Shown in pieces: positions 63,382 through 64,000 of a DNA stretch of 64,000 nucleotides; positions within the stretch are counted from its first letter, which is position 1, and each line of letters starts with the position of its first letter. The stretch covers positions 1,612,001 through 1,676,000 of the forward strand of contig NC_043010.1 in NCBI RefSeq assembly GCF_006345805.1, written 5' to 3'. Source of the stretch: Octopus sinensis (Eukaryota). The notes beneath the pieces were generated by a model that was not told the DNA's origin, did not search any database, and worked only from the letters and a program-made list of their open reading frames with translations. Position numbers and translations under genes: made by a program.

Positions 63382-63923
63382 TTCATATGTTTATAGTTTT
63401 GTCCTTGTATTTGTATATGACTGAGTGTATGTATATATTTGCCTCTTTGCATAATCGTATATAAAGAAACATATAAATAATTATATATTATATACACACA
63501 AACACATACACATCATATATACATACATACATTCATACATTCATACATATATACATGAACACACTCATATATGTGTGTGTGCCTGCTTGTCTGTATGTAT
63601 ATATGTATATGTATATCCATCCACGTACGTTTATATGTATGTTTATGTATGTATACATGAATATGCGTGCTTATATGTGTGTGTGTGTGTTTGAGTTTGT
63701 GTGCATACACCACCAAGTGCCATTAGTTCAGGAGGTGGAATGTTGTTTTGACGATCTTATAACCGATAGGTATTATCATGTGTTTGTGTGTGTGGGTGGG
63801 TGGTGGGTGCGTGCATACATATATAGACATATATGCATATATAAACACATGTATATATATATATGTATATATGTATATGCAATATATGAATATATATCTA
63901 TATACGTATGTATACATATATGC

Positions 63924-63958
<35 letters not shown>

Positions 63959-64000
63959 ATATACATATACCTGTAAATATATGTGTGTGAGCCTATGTGT

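Overview
This is AT-rich, repeat-saturated eukaryotic DNA, almost certainly from an Octopus genome. That assignment rests on recognising the abundant tRNA-derived SINE families and is from memory, not a search. The window looks intronic or intergenic: no host protein-coding exon could be supported, and nearly all ORFs in the track are microsatellite translations. It contains more than 40 SINE copies or fragments from three families (called A, B and C here), decayed DNA transposons (three mariners, maT, hAT, piggyBac-type and Merlin-like MITEs), RTE and R4/Dong LINE 3' ends, and many remnants of Penelope-like elements (PLEs). The most notable signal is a set of hammerhead-ribozyme (HHR) motifs read by eye in the PLE-type ends. 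One is a complete type I hammerhead inside a non-coding ~483-bp direct-repeat unit with a 5' inversion (28452-29209), which looks retrozyme-like. Two unrelated motifs carry the compensatory U3-A8 core (UUGANAA) instead of CUGANGA. Several minimal dimer-type motifs also occur. Long foldbacks that could form dsRNA and two apparent locally templated insertions are present. Boundaries of decayed repeats are approximate and identities were hand-counted.
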